Assembly (NCBI GenBank): GCA_015233675.1
Contig: JADFXH010000004.1
Coordinates: 136,492-200,491 of the forward strand
Reading direction: 5' to 3'
Length of the DNA: 64,000 bases
From: Candidatus Omnitrophota bacterium
GTDB taxonomy: Bacteria; Omnitrophota; Gorgyraeia; Zapsychrales; Fredricksoniimonadaceae
Position 1 is the first letter of the stretch; the number at the start of each line of letters is the position of its first letter. Below are positions 1-10,494 of this stretch, piece by piece. The notes below the pieces were generated by a model, which saw only the letters and a list, made by a program, of their open reading frames with translations, was not told where the DNA came from and did not search any database. The position numbers and the translations under genes were made by a program.

Positions 1-146
1 TAGGAAGGTATATGATAAAGTTCATAAATGGAAGTTATAATTAACAACCCGCCGAAAATTACTATGCCGATAGGTCTTTTAAGAAACATTGCTTAATCGA
101 TAGAATGACATTTTTTTAAAAAATGCGATCCACTTTGGTGCTGGAT

Positions 147-330
147 CCCCGCTTTCGCGGGGATGACATAACAAATTTTGCCATCAGAATGACATAATAG
201 ATTTTGTCATCAGAATGACATAATAAATTTTGTCATCAGAATGACATAATAAATTTTGTCATCAGAATGACATAATAGATTTTGTCATCAGAATGACATA
301 ATAGATTTTGTCATTCCCGCGTAAGCGGGA
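147..330. repeat. Tandem array of about 6 copies of a 26-bp unit (GAATGACATAATARATTTTGTCATCA). Each unit is an imperfect palindrome (TGACA...TGTCA). The array is bracketed by GC-rich hairpins CCCCGCTTTCGCGGGG (147-162) and TCCCGCGTAAGCGGGA (315-330).
   Basis: Read directly: units begin near 162, 187, 213, 239, 265 and 291 (period 26) with no spacers between them. ORF 262..465 (-) is only a translation of this array. Confidence 0.9.
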
Positions 331-479
331 ATCCACTTTTACAAACTGACCCTTCATGTGACACAGTCTGTAAACATCTGTATAAAGATTACCACCTGAA
401 CCAGCAAAACACAATTTAGAAACAAAAAAACTCTGCTTCGTCTTCCTCCAAGCGGGATAAAGCATTTTTTTCTTCGGCT

Positions 480-508
480 TTCAATATCCCGAAATATTCT
501 GATATAAT
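480..508 (+). promoter_or_regulatory. Candidate sigma70-type promoter for the CNNM/CorC gene
   Basis: TTCAAT, 17-nt spacer, TATAAT (503-508). A TGGAGA Shine-Dalgarno lies a few nt before the ATG at 539. Pattern match only. Confidence 0.4.
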
Positions 509-538
509 GTTTTTAGAATTTTATATTGGAGATACCCC

Positions 539-1873
539 ATGAATCTTATAAACGAGTTGCTGATAATTATTATCATGATCTCTCTCAACGCTGTCTTTTC
601 CGCGTATGAAATGGCCCTGGCCTCTATCTCGCGGACTAAGCTCACTTACTTGGTGCAAACCAAAAAAAAAGGAGCCAGCGAAGCTTTATTCATGAAAGAC
701 CGGATAGAAGCGAGCTTAGCAGTTGTGCAATTAGGAGTTACTCTCGTGGGGTCAATAGCTGCTGCCATCGGCGGTGCGGGAATAACAGAGGCGCTTAACC
801 CTTATTTTCAAAGAAATCTTGGGCTTTCGAAAGATCTTGCCGAATTTTTAAGCTTGGCCACCCTGATTGTTCCCTTAAGTTCTTTTACGATCATCTTCGC
901 CGAACTTATCCCTAAAATCTTCGCCATTAAAAACAGCGAGTGGGTTGTCCTGAAATTGTCGAGAATTATGGTATATTTTTCTTTTGTCGCTAATCCCGCG
1001 GTTTCTTCTTTGGAATATATCGTCAAATCTGCTATCAAATTTATTGACAAGAAAAAACCGATCAACAGCCCAACTTCCGACCCCCAAAGCAGTCTGCATG
1101 AACTTACGGCCGCGCTTTCATTGGCCAGGACATCACGGTTGATTAATGCCCAACAGGAAAGAATTGTTATGTCTGCCGCCCAACTTTCATTAAGGCCGAT
1201 TAAAGATATCATGATACCCGCCGCTGAAATATTTATGATCCCCAAAAGCAGCACCCTGACAGAAGCCCTGGTATTAGCCCACTTGGATATGCACACCCGC
1301 TTTCCTGTTTGTGAAAAGAGTGACGACCCCCAGACAATCCAGGGTTACATTAATTTTAAAGACATTATTGCGGCACTTAAAATCAATCCGGAAGATCCGA
1401 CCATTAAAGGGACTATCCGTCCCCTTATAAAATTTCTGGATACCACACCAATTTCAAAAGTATTTGAAAGAATGATCCAGGAAAAACTGCATATTTGCCT
1501 GATTGAGAATACCCAAGGACAGGTCATAGGCATGGTCACACAGGAGGATATTATTGAAGAGTTAGTCGGAGAGATTGAAGATGAATTCGACCGTCTTCCT
1601 AACTATATTCACCCCTACGGTAACCAATGGCTTGTGGGAGGAGCGACTCCCATGTCCGCGCTGGCTAAAACACTTGGGATCAACTGGCCGCTTACTTGTG
1701 CCAATGAAGAAGATTTCAAATTAGCGGACTGGTGCCAAAGGAAATTTGCAAATCCTCTTAAGGGCGGCGAAATTATTTCTAGAAACGGCTTTCAAATTAC
1801 CGTAAGAAAATTAAGAAGAAACAAAATTAGTGAAGCATTTGTTACGAAGGATACGGCTGCCCCGCAGGCATAA
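539..1873 (+). CDS. CNNM/CorC-HlyC family transporter (DUF21 membrane domain + CBS pair + CorC_HlyC C-terminal domain)
   Basis: 444-aa ORF with N-terminal hydrophobic helices. CBS-pair-like middle (..IMIPAAEIFMI.., ..GMVTQEDIIEELVGEIEDEFD) and a C-terminal transporter-associated region. One of only two convincing plus-strand genes in the window. Confidence 0.85.
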   Translation: MNLINELLIIIIMISLNAVFSAYEMALASISRTKLTYLVQTKKKGASEALFMKDRIEASLAVVQLGVTLVGSIAAAIGGAGITEALNPYFQRNLGLSKDLAEFLSLATLIVPLSSFTIIFAELIPKIFAIKNSEWVVLKLSRIMVYFSFVANPAVSSLEYIVKSAIKFIDKKKPINSPTSDPQSSLHELTAALSLARTSRLINAQQERIVMSAAQLSLRPIKDIMIPAAEIFMIPKSSTLTEALVLAHLDMHTRFPVCEKSDDPQTIQGYINFKDIIAALKINPEDPTIKGTIRPLIKFLDTTPISKVFERMIQEKLHICLIENTQGQVIGMVTQEDIIEELVGEIEDEFDRLPNYIHPYGNQWLVGGATPMSALAKTLGINWPLTCANEEDFKLADWCQRKFANPLKGGEIISRNGFQITVRKLRRNKISEAFVTKDTAAPQA

Positions 1874-1897
1874 AATTTTGTGGCAGGATAGCTTTTG

Positions 1898-3310
1898 TCA
1901 ACTTTTATATACGCCCAAGGTATGGTCTGCGATCACGTCCCAGGAGAAGTCTTTTTCAACGGCATTTCTGCCGTTTTTTCCCATCCAATGCGCATGCTCT
2001 AGATTGGCAAATAACGTTCCAATGCCCCAGGCAATAGAATTGGGATTCGGCTGGATTCTAAAACCTGTCACATCATGCCAGACAAATTCAGATGGCCCGC
2101 CGATTTCAGTCGCTACAACCGGTTTACCGGCACTCCATGCTTCAAGAATAACAATGCCGAATGGTTCATTGCGGCTGGGAACGCAAACGCATTGACAGGC
2201 CCTGAATAGATCCCTCAGGCCCCAGGCATTTTGATGCCCGATAAAACGTGTGGCATGACTGACGCCTAATTGCCGAGCGCGATTTTCAACAGCGCCTTTC
2301 AGGTGCCCATCACCCGCAAAAACAAATTTCGCGGCAGGATAATGATGAAGAATGGAGGGAATAGCTTCAACTAACAGGTCAGGTCCCTTTTGTATCGTCA
2401 TCCTTCCTGCAAACAATACCATCGGGTCAAGAGGTCCCATGCCGTATCTTTTCTTAACCTCACCCGGATCAATAAATCCGTCAAAATGTTTGTAATTGAC
2501 TCCATTATAAATAGGGCAGACTTTCCAATCAGGAAGATTATACATCCACATGATTTCATTCTTAAGGGTATAAGAGACAGAGATAACTTTATCCGCGCAA
2601 AACGTGCCGTGTCTTTCGTGATCACGTATCCGGGCTGACGGGCCGGCATAAAAATTATTTCCGCACCGGCCGTATTCCGTGGCATGGATTGTTAATATAG
2701 ATTTTCTCCCCCTGCCCTGCTTGATCCAAACCATCGCATTGGACGTCAGCCAGTCATGAGCATGAACGATATCAAAATGAGCTCCCATATAATCTTCAAC
2801 CTGAAATACCGTTGTTACAAAGGAGCGGCACATGTTATTTACATCTTCAATGATATCCGAGTGCCCGTTATAGGGGACCCGGTGATAATGCACTCCATGA
2901 ATACGCTCGTATTGAGGCTGATCATATCCACCCATACGGGTAAAGACATGGACCTCATGACCTTTACGCTCAAGCGCAGAGGCAAGCTCGGTCGCATGGA
3001 CGGCAATTCCTCCGATGCTTATCGAATGGAGGGATTCCCAAGATAAAATAGCGATCCGCATGGGGTTGAGCTGTCTTGGCGTTTCGATTTTAGGAGGTAT
3101 ATTCTCAACGGGACTTATTTTAAGAGATATGGGAACGTATGTAATCTGTGATATTTCATCCTGCGCCGTTTCATCCAGCGCGGTTGCATCCGAATCGGTT
3201 TCAACCGGAACTGCTTCAATCTGAGTTGTTTCTATTTGAGAAAGCAGCTCCTCAGTCTCGCAAGAATGATCTTCAAGAATTACTGATTCTAATTTTTCAT
3301 GCTTTTTCAT
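1898..3310 (-). CDS. GT-B glycosyltransferase (GT4/GT5, glycogen-synthase-like) with an acidic ~85-aa N-terminal extension
   Basis: RIAILSWESLHSISIGGIAVHATELASALERKGHEVHVFT and ..PSRNEPFGIVILEAWSAGKPVVAT.. fit the GT-B pattern. Confidence 0.8.
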   Translation of the reverse strand: MKKHEKLESVILEDHSCETEELLSQIETTQIEAVPVETDSDATALDETAQDEISQITYVPISLKISPVENIPPKIETPRQLNPMRIAILSWESLHSISIGGIAVHATELASALERKGHEVHVFTRMGGYDQPQYERIHGVHYHRVPYNGHSDIIEDVNNMCRSFVTTVFQVEDYMGAHFDIVHAHDWLTSNAMVWIKQGRGRKSILTIHATEYGRCGNNFYAGPSARIRDHERHGTFCADKVISVSYTLKNEIMWMYNLPDWKVCPIYNGVNYKHFDGFIDPGEVKKRYGMGPLDPMVLFAGRMTIQKGPDLLVEAIPSILHHYPAAKFVFAGDGHLKGAVENRARQLGVSHATRFIGHQNAWGLRDLFRACQCVCVPSRNEPFGIVILEAWSAGKPVVATEIGGPSEFVWHDVTGFRIQPNPNSIAWGIGTLFANLEHAHWMGKNGRNAVEKDFSWDVIADHTLGVYKS

Positions 3311-3483
3311 AAGATTCTTGTCAAAATAAATAAAAGCTTATTCCCTTAAGCCTTCTAACTAGTTGATTCCATTCATGTTCCGTAAGGCGGAATAATTTAT
3401 ACATTATACTCTAAAAATTTAAAAAGCAATAAAAAAATTCTCCTCACAAGGAGGAGCGATGGTTGCGAACAAGTGCGACAACT

Positions 3484-3978
3484 CTACCAGTACAGCTTTC
3501 TAAATTGCTCCGAATATTGCTTTATCCATTTACGCGATGCTTCCTCAAGAGTGACATCTGTTCCCTCTTCTAAACTAAGCAAATCACGGTATTCTGCAAT
3601 AAGATAAATCTGTTCAATCATCTTTACCTTAAAAGCTTCCTGAGACCTCGGAAAATTTACGGCTATATCATAAAGTTTTGTCTTTGGATTATTAACACTA
3701 CGAACCACTTTTGCCTTTATGTTAAACAACTTGCCTTCAAAGGGCATTTTTATCAAAATCCCGGCACCGGGTTTAACAGGATATTTGCCCGGGAACAATA
3801 GCCCCCCCAAACTAACATTAACCGTTTCAGACCGTATTTCTTCCTTACTCTCTTTTACCCTTGAGTTAATAACTTTATACGCAAGAGGCAGGCATACCGG
3901 ATGGCGGATAAAATGCCGAAATTCTATTATTTGCATACTGCCCTGATTGCCTTTGTCTTTCAGCTCTTCCTTTTTCAT
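3484..3978 (-). CDS. PilZ-domain (c-di-GMP-binding type) protein
   Basis: RHFIR (RxxxR) and NVSLGG ((D/N)xSxxG) motifs are present. I prefer the ATG at 3978 (MKKEELK, preceded by GAGG) over the ORF-track start at 4002, which overlaps ptsI. Confidence 0.75.
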   Translation of the reverse strand: MKKEELKDKGNQGSMQIIEFRHFIRHPVCLPLAYKVINSRVKESKEEIRSETVNVSLGGLLFPGKYPVKPGAGILIKMPFEGKLFNIKAKVVRSVNNPKTKLYDIAVNFPRSQEAFKVKMIEQIYLIAEYRDLLSLEEGTDVTLEEASRKWIKQYSEQFRKLYW

Positions 3979-3982
3979 TACC

Positions 3983-5782
3983 TCATTTCCTTTTCGAAAC
4001 ACCGATAACTCCTGAAGATTCTTTGTGAAAATAATCCAAATTATTAGAATGGTGAAACCGCGGTTTGATGGTTATATCAATTCCTTTAACGTTCGATTGA
4101 TCTTCCTCGGATCTCAAAAGGCTAAGGATGTGATCTTTAACATAGGGGATTCGAGGAGCCTGCACGCTGAAATTTCTCAACCCAATTTTCAGGAGATCTT
4201 TGGTAAAATTCAAATCCCCTGCCAATTCTCCGCACATTAAACATTCTTTACCATAGACCTTTGATTTACGGATAACCTCTTTGAGCATATCGAGAATCAG
4301 ATAATTGCCAGCTTCGTAATAATCAGCCACATCATCCCTGCCCCGGCCAGCTGCCATCACATACTGTACCAAATCATTGGTGCCAATACTAATGAAATCA
4401 GACAACTCAATCAATTCATTAATAGATAAGATCGCCGCGGGAGTTTCCACCATGGCCCCCAGTGCTAAATTTTCGTTAAAAGGAAGGCCTTCATGACGCA
4501 ATTTCTCTTTCTCTTTTTGTAAATAGTTGCGGGTTTCTATCATGTCTTTAGACAAAGAAACCATCGGGACTAACGCTTGCACATTAAATTCTGCGCTTAA
4601 CCTTAAAAAAACCCGCAATTGCATTTCCAATAATCGGGGGTATTTTAAAAGCAGCCTTATGCCGTTAAGTCCCAAAGCAGGATTGGCATCCTCAACGACA
4701 CCCCAAAAGGGAAGTTTCTTGTCCCCGCTGATGTCTAAAAGCCGTAAGGTAATAGTATCAGCAGACAGATGCCCTAGTGTTATTTTTAAATGGTTATAAA
4801 AATCTTCCTCTGTCGGAAATTTCTTCTCTGCCAAATAAAATACTTCAGTCCTGTAAAGACCAATACCGTCAGCTCCAAATTTCTTGGCCATTTTAAGATC
4901 ATTAAGAGAAGACACATTAGCCATGACCTTAATTATTCTTTTATCCATAGTTAAGGGGACATCTTTAACACGCTGCATAAGATTGACTTTATACTCAATT
5001 TTCTTACGGATTAATCGTGTGTACGCCTCCCATTCCCGCTCTTTGGGATTGATGATGACCTGCCCATTCTTGCCATCCACGATGACCTTTGCTCCGGGTA
5101 TAAGCAATATGTTGTCAAAATTTATTTTAGAAACTAATGGAATGTCCAATGCCCGCGCAAGGATAGAAGAATGCGAATTTTGTGTCCCTTCTTCTGTAAT
5201 AATGGCTTTGACTTTCCCGATATCCAGCGAAACAACATCAGACGGAAGCAGCCTTTGAGCAAAGAGCACTGAGTCCGCAGGCAAGTCCACCTCAATTTCT
5301 CTACGGACGACGCCGCTAAGCATTTCCAGCAGACGCCTGCCCAAGTCCTGAATATCATCCGCTCTTTCACTGATATCAGAACTCCTTGACGCTCTTAATT
5401 TTTTTTCCCAACGTAAAAAAACATCCTGAACGACTTTTTCTGCGTTTAATAATCGGCCCCTAAGATCTTTTTCTATGTCTTTAAACAGCTCAATGTCAGT
5501 CAATATAAGAAAATGGGATTCGAAAATCTCAGCATGCTTGGTATCGATCTGGCTGGCCACCTTTGATTTAAGTTTAGTGAGATCGCCGCAAACTTTATCG
5601 ATGGCTAGCTGGATCCTTTTAAGCTCATCCTCAACTTCATCTTCCGTTAATATTTTTTGTTTGTACTCATGTAATAAAGCATTACGGGAAAAGACCAATT
5701 GTCCCGTGGCATAGCCACAAACAATAGGCAGACCCCTTAGGACTAGATGGTTCAAAGAAGATGCGGTGGGAAGTGCCCTCAT
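3983..5782 (-). CDS. ptsI: Phosphoenolpyruvate-protein phosphotransferase (PTS Enzyme I)
   Basis: 599-aa ORF with a phospho-His region GTQNSHSSILARALDIP and PEP-utilising signatures GLYRTEVFYL and FISIGTNDLVQY. GAGGTGA SD upstream. Confidence 0.9.
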   Translation of the reverse strand: MRALPTASSLNHLVLRGLPIVCGYATGQLVFSRNALLHEYKQKILTEDEVEDELKRIQLAIDKVCGDLTKLKSKVASQIDTKHAEIFESHFLILTDIELFKDIEKDLRGRLLNAEKVVQDVFLRWEKKLRASRSSDISERADDIQDLGRRLLEMLSGVVRREIEVDLPADSVLFAQRLLPSDVVSLDIGKVKAIITEEGTQNSHSSILARALDIPLVSKINFDNILLIPGAKVIVDGKNGQVIINPKEREWEAYTRLIRKKIEYKVNLMQRVKDVPLTMDKRIIKVMANVSSLNDLKMAKKFGADGIGLYRTEVFYLAEKKFPTEEDFYNHLKITLGHLSADTITLRLLDISGDKKLPFWGVVEDANPALGLNGIRLLLKYPRLLEMQLRVFLRLSAEFNVQALVPMVSLSKDMIETRNYLQKEKEKLRHEGLPFNENLALGAMVETPAAILSINELIELSDFISIGTNDLVQYVMAAGRGRDDVADYYEAGNYLILDMLKEVIRKSKVYGKECLMCGELAGDLNFTKDLLKIGLRNFSVQAPRIPYVKDHILSLLRSEEDQSNVKGIDITIKPRFHHSNNLDYFHKESSGVIGVSKRK

Positions 5783-5935
5783 AGGTCACCTCATTCCTGG
5801 AAGAATGTTCGATATTATTTTAGGACTTTATTAAAAATAAATCAATGTTTTTTATAAAGGTAGGCAAGGAAAAATAATACCTTGGTTGATCGGCCCTATT
5901 AAAAAGACCTTTGGGGTTTGAGCACAAATATTATT

Positions 5936-6082
5936 TTAATCTTCTTCTTCCCACAAGTGCAAAAGGCCTTCTGGGGCCTTGCCTTGCAAAAAATCATCCT
6001 CTTCCAATTCAGAAAATAACCAGCATGGAATCTCATTTTTTTGTCCGGACATTCTCTTAATTTTTGCGATAGTATTCTTCAT
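5936..6082 (-). CDS. Small hypothetical protein (48 aa, acidic C-terminus)
   Basis: Below the ORF-track cutoff; translated by hand as MKNTIAKIKRMSGQKNEIPCWLFSELEEDDFLQGKAPEGLLHLWEEED. Strong SD (GGAGGGGG) 4 nt before the ATG. Confidence 0.45.
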   Translation of the reverse strand: MKNTIAKIKRMSGQKNEIPCWLFSELEEDDFLQGKAPEGLLHLWEEED

Positions 6083-6106
6083 GTACCCCCTCCTATTTGA
6101 TAATTA

Positions 6107-6301
6107 TCAGGCGGCCTGCAGTTCCAATTCTATCGTTTCGGCTTCCCACTGGAACATGACATTTTTTATATATTGAGGTATTTGATTTGATTTTAACTCA
6201 CCATCTAGATACATTGAAACAATCGCTTTGTTTTTTTCATATTCAACCGGTGTCATGCTGATCTGCCGAACCATTAAGTCAAGGCTGTTCATTGATTTCA
6301 T
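6107..6301 (-). CDS. Small hypothetical protein (64 aa)
   Basis: ORF preceded by an AAAGGAG SD. It lies directly downstream of the CheY-like gene. Confidence 0.5.
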   Translation of the reverse strand: MKSMNSLDLMVRQISMTPVEYEKNKAIVSMYLDGELKSNQIPQYIKNVMFQWEAETIELELQAA

Positions 6302-6341
6302 TTGATTACTCCTTTCTTGAACCTACAAACACTGCTAGCCC

Positions 6342-6704
6342 CTAACTCAGAGAAGCAAGCAGGGATACAAGGGAATCCCTCCCTTCTGATTTATCGAAAT
6401 ACCCTTGGGCGCCTCTGATTTTTTCCTTCTGTTCATCGATCGGATAAACACTTGACACAATAACTTTAATATCCTTATGGAACATCTTCATCACTTCAAA
6501 AAGAATCGTGCCATCTACCTCCGCCATATTGATGTCTAAAAGAACCAAATCAAATTTGCTTCGCACCAAAAGGCCTTGAGCCTCTACAGCATTGGATGCT
6601 GTCTCAACATCAAAACCCATCGATAAAAGAATCTGCCGGTAGGTTCCTCTAATCTTTACTTCATCATCAACCACTAGCACTCGTTTTGCGGTCATTACTT
6701 TCAT
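6342..6704 (-). CDS. Single-domain CheY-like response regulator
   Basis: Receiver motifs VLVVDDE, LVLLDINMAEVDG and KVIVSS. The start is set at MKVMTAKR (GGAGGG SD), not at the longer ORF-track start 6836. Confidence 0.85.
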   Translation of the reverse strand: MKVMTAKRVLVVDDEVKIRGTYRQILLSMGFDVETASNAVEAQGLLVRSKFDLVLLDINMAEVDGTILFEVMKMFHKDIKVIVSSVYPIDEQKEKIRGAQGYFDKSEGRDSLVSLLASLS

Positions 6705-7000
6705 ACCCTCCTGGTCTAATCCCCTCTTCTGCGGCAGTCTGTTCGTTAGTGAGATTGTTGTGGCTCCATGAACCATAGCCGAATCCCCATCTCTTGATGA
6801 ATAATATTCCGGCAATCTCCCCAAATGTGTTTTCATAATCGGTCTCCTGCTTGGCTATTTAAAATCATCCTATTCACGCGTATTTTTTAACATAGACCCC
6901 ATAAAAATAAGGTTAGAATTAAATAAGAATTTTCTTATTCTTAGATTAATATGGATAAAGTGAAGTTCCTTCGGCTTAGCCTCAGGATGATATCGGGGAA

Positions 7001-8470
7001 TTAATTAAGCAGTACAGGCAAAAAAACTTTAAAGGTAGACCCCTTGTTCAATTCACTATCAAAAGTAATATCTCCCTTATGTGCTCTGGCAATTGCTCGA
7101 GCCATGCTTAGACCTAGGCCATTGCCTTCAGCTGACTCCTGCTTCATTGGACGGATACGGTAGAATTTGTCAAAAATCTTGGCCTGATTTTCTATTGCAA
7201 TACCAATTCCTGTATCTTGTATCGATACAACAGCATATTTATTAAAAAGTTCCGTTAAAATCTTAATCTCTCCACCTGCTGGTGTAAACTTAACGGCATT
7301 ATGTATCAGGTTAAAAAACACCCTGCGCAGATGGGTAGGATCTCCTTCTATCCAAAGAGGATCATTTGGCGTTAATAATTCGAGATTAATGTTCTTTTCT
7401 TGTGCCAATATTTTAAAGTTCTGGTAAATCTTGTTGATAAATTCTGTTAAATCCATTCTCTCCATCTTAAAAATCTCTAACTTGTATTCATATTTTGAAA
7501 GGAGCAACAAATCCGTTATTGTCTTTATTAACCTGTTAACCTCATAAAGAACATCTGTCATGACCCGCCTGTCTTCTTGTTTTGTGCTTTCTGCACTGAG
7601 GGCCAGCTCAAGTTCACCTTTGATAATAGCCAAAGGGGTTTTCATCTCATGAGAAACGTGTGAATTAAAATCATTAATATAAGAAAAAGAATTCTCAAGG
7701 CGCTCGATCATCCTATTGATAGATTTCACAAGCTCTTCCATCTCTTTGTCCAACTCTTTAATAGGAATCCTCATATTTAAATTCTTCTGGGTGATATGGT
7801 CCGCCGCCCGAATAACATTCTCCACGGGCATTAAAACCCGACGAGTAAGATATACTCCCATTAAAATACTCATCAAAAGAATAAACACAATGCCCCCTAT
7901 AATCGCAAATACCATTCTATAAATGACCCGTTGGATATACTTGATGGGCATAGCCAACTGTAAATTCAGCGTATTTAAATTAGAAAATGTTATTGGATAA
8001 TTAATCGCGTAATAATGGTTCCCATTGATTTTCAGGCGTGAAAAATGGATTGTGTTGCCAAATCGCGCGAATTGGGCATTGAAAGATTCGTCCTCTTTAA
8101 TTGTCAAATTTTCTGACCGCAAAATAACTTCCCCTTTAGAATTTCGAATTCTGTAAAAATCATTCTTCAAGCCCAGGGCTTTACTGTCTTTTTCCCATAA
8201 TTGATCCACAATCGTTTTATCAGCAAGGCCCTTGCCCCCAAGCAACTGATAAAACAACATTGCCGGAGATTTATCCTCCTGAGATATTTTTGCGTATGCG
8301 TCAATGAATTCATCGATCTCTTGAGCCTTAACCAGCAATTCTTCTTCCTCCTCCTTATAAAGAATCTGTCGGATAGTATGTACAAGATAGGCACTAAAAA
8401 GAATAAGAACCACGCTCAAGATACACGTGCCCAAAACACTGGTTTTAAAACGGATAGAATTGATTTTCAT
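7001..8470 (-). CDS. Sensor histidine kinase (2 TM, HAMP-like linker, HisKA, HATPase_c)
   Basis: H-box [13 protein letters not shown] box HNAVKFTP and G boxes DTGIGI / GNGLGLSMA. Its start overlaps the upstream regulator stop by 4 nt. Confidence 0.9.
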   Translation of the reverse strand: MKINSIRFKTSVLGTCILSVVLILFSAYLVHTIRQILYKEEEEELLVKAQEIDEFIDAYAKISQEDKSPAMLFYQLLGGKGLADKTIVDQLWEKDSKALGLKNDFYRIRNSKGEVILRSENLTIKEDESFNAQFARFGNTIHFSRLKINGNHYYAINYPITFSNLNTLNLQLAMPIKYIQRVIYRMVFAIIGGIVFILLMSILMGVYLTRRVLMPVENVIRAADHITQKNLNMRIPIKELDKEMEELVKSINRMIERLENSFSYINDFNSHVSHEMKTPLAIIKGELELALSAESTKQEDRRVMTDVLYEVNRLIKTITDLLLLSKYEYKLEIFKMERMDLTEFINKIYQNFKILAQEKNINLELLTPNDPLWIEGDPTHLRRVFFNLIHNAVKFTPAGGEIKILTELFNKYAVVSIQDTGIGIAIENQAKIFDKFYRIRPMKQESAEGNGLGLSMARAIARAHKGDITFDSELNKGSTFKVFLPVLLN

Positions 8471-9138
8471 TTGTCTTTTAGAGTATACCCGACACCGCGC
8501 AGAGAATGGATCAACTGCTGCGCTTGATTGGAATCAATTTTCTTTCTAAGGTAATTAATGTAAACATTAATAACATTAGAATAAGCGTCGAAATCATCAT
8601 CCCAAACATGTTCGGAAATCATAGTTCTGGTTACAACCTGACCGGCGTTGAGCATTAAATACTCCAGAAGGGAATATTCCGTTGAGGTCAGATCGATTTC
8701 TTTGCCCGCACGATACGCCTTACGGATAGCTTGATCAAGCTCTAAATCCGCGACCTTAAGACGGGTTGATTTGTCAGATTTTTTACGCCTGAGTAACGCG
8801 CGGACACGTGCTAATAGCTCAGGGAACGAGAATGGTTTAGTTAAGTAATCATCGGCCCCTGCATCTAAACCTAAAACCTTGTCCTCCACATCATTACGAG
8901 CTGTAAGCATAAGCACGGGGGCATCAATCTTCCCTTTCCTTAATTGCCGGCAAACAGCTATACCATCTTTACCGGGAATCATGATATCAAGGATGATAAG
9001 ATCATACGGATTCGACTCGGCAAGGAAAAGAGCGTCAACGCTGTTATCAGCAAGGTCAACGGCATAATGGACTTCAATAAAAGCTCTTTTAATTAAGGCA
9101 GCTAATTTTCTTTCATCTTCAACTAGTAATATCCGCAT
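8467..9138 (-). CDS. OmpR-family response regulator
   Basis: Receiver ([23 protein letters not shown]) plus a winged-helix output domain ([13 protein letters not shown].., RGVGYTL). Confidence 0.9.
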   Translation of the reverse strand: MRILLVEDERKLAALIKRAFIEVHYAVDLADNSVDALFLAESNPYDLIILDIMIPGKDGIAVCRQLRKGKIDAPVLMLTARNDVEDKVLGLDAGADDYLTKPFSFPELLARVRALLRRKKSDKSTRLKVADLELDQAIRKAYRAGKEIDLTSTEYSLLEYLMLNAGQVVTRTMISEHVWDDDFDAYSNVINVYINYLRKKIDSNQAQQLIHSLRGVGYTLKDK

Positions 9139-9701
9139 AAAAGGTATTGCCTTTGTTTAATTTCTTTAATCTTCAGCCTGACAAACTAAATAGTACATTA
9201 AAAAAATAAAGCAGTCAATTATGTACGGTCATAGGGTATAACAGATTTTAAAAAACTGAGGTGAGCACCGGAGGAACAGCTTTTATTAAAGGCTTCTTGA
9301 GCCTACAAGAACCTGATCAAAAGGCCAGTCAAGGACAGTTAAAACGCAAGTATCTCTTATTTGCCTTTTTTTGGTTTTCTTTTTTCCTTATTGCGAGGGC
9401 TTTTATCTCCCATAGCAACACCCCTTTCTAAATTTATAGCCACATTCACCATTAAAAGGTCATTTAATTTTTTCTAATTCTTAGATCTACAGCGCATATC
9501 CTCAACATCTCTTTGGTCTTGTGATGAGTGGTTGTGGCAATAGATTTCATTATTATAAATGCTCAATATATGCTTGCATCGATGATGCTTGCATTTTCTT
9601 CCCTTTTTGTATGTTATAATCTTTTTGATAATACCTACTTTCCGCTACCAACTTACTTTATAGTGTTCGGGGTGATTCGTCAATCTATTTGATTGCCGAA
9701 T

Positions 9702-10484
9702 TTAATCTTTGATCCCAAATTCTTTCATCAACTCAAGGAAATTGGTTTGATCAAAACGCCCAATATACTTATTGGCTCCGGCTTTCAAACAATCCTCGAC
9801 AACTTTCTCAAGGCTCTGCAATAGTGGACCGCTTTTGACTTCATCCGCATCATAATTGGCATAAACCACAATCGTTGTATGCTTAAAAAACTCATACACA
9901 CGCAAGGACCGGATGATCTCTTTCGTTGAAGCGTAATCTTGAGTTAATATATCAATAAGAATCACCTGCGGATTGGTTAAAAAACAGCGCATCCCGATCT
10001 CAATGACTTTATTGACCGGAACAACAATGCAATTAACCTTCTCCAGTTCCTGACGCATTTTCTCCAACACTCCCTCATCAGGGCCAATTATCACTACTTT
10101 ATGAAATACGCGCTTAACCGTTACATAAGCATCAATCTTTTTAATCTTAGCTTTCAGATCATCCATATCAAACGGCTTAGGCGAATACATTTCTACGCCC
10201 AAAGACGAAAAAGATTCCTTAAAGACTTCTTTATCGGTCACAATAATGACGGGCAGGCTTGCTGTCGATGGCCTGTTCTTGAGTTCCATGTACAGATCCA
10301 CACCGTCCATTTCCGGCATGACCACATCCGTAATAAGAAGATCCACCTTCTGTGTCATAATAATATCCAGCGCTTTAATTCCATTCTCCGCGATTGTGAC
10401 CTTATACCCTTCTTTCTCCAATAAGCGCGAGAGCAACAAAGCGCTGCTTTGTGAGTCATCTGCGACAAGAATATTCTTTATCAT
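9702..10484 (-). CDS. Response-regulator receiver protein with a second receiver-like C-terminal half
   Basis: N-terminal ILVADDSQ, LLITDVVMPEMDG and IIVTDK. The C-terminal ~120 aa has a receiver-like alternating pattern without clear acceptor motifs. Confidence 0.8.
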   Translation of the reverse strand: MIKNILVADDSQSSALLLSRLLEKEGYKVTIAENGIKALDIIMTQKVDLLITDVVMPEMDGVDLYMELKNRPSTASLPVIIVTDKEVFKESFSSLGVEMYSPKPFDMDDLKAKIKKIDAYVTVKRVFHKVVIIGPDEGVLEKMRQELEKVNCIVVPVNKVIEIGMRCFLTNPQVILIDILTQDYASTKEIIRSLRVYEFFKHTTIVVYANYDADEVKSGPLLQSLEKVVEDCLKAGANKYIGRFDQTNFLELMKEFGIKD

Positions 10485-10494
10485 ATTGCCTTAG

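Noticed and set aside
147-330. Possible CRISPR array
   Set aside because: The units are contiguous with no spacers, the period is only 26 bp, and no cas genes are nearby.
262-465. 67-aa minus-strand ORF overlapping the 26-bp repeat array
   Set aside because: Its sequence (..IYYVILMTKSIMSF) is just the translated repeat and hairpin. No SD is present, so it is not a gene.
808-1296. Antisense or shadow ORFs inside long genes
   Set aside because: They lie opposite or out of frame to genes with strong family motifs, and they have low-complexity, unrecognisable sequences. They are typical shadow ORFs. Other examples: 14531-15106, 23181-23747, 30502-30972, 38128-38613, 45164-45505, 57156-57509, 59577-59972, 63147-63485 and 63649-63972.
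9240-9330. SRP (4.5S) RNA-like string ACTGAGGTGAGCACCGGAGGAACAGC
   Set aside because: It superficially resembles the domain IV motif. However, the GNAR tetraloop and its closing helix cannot be formed, and no complementary 3' strand follows.
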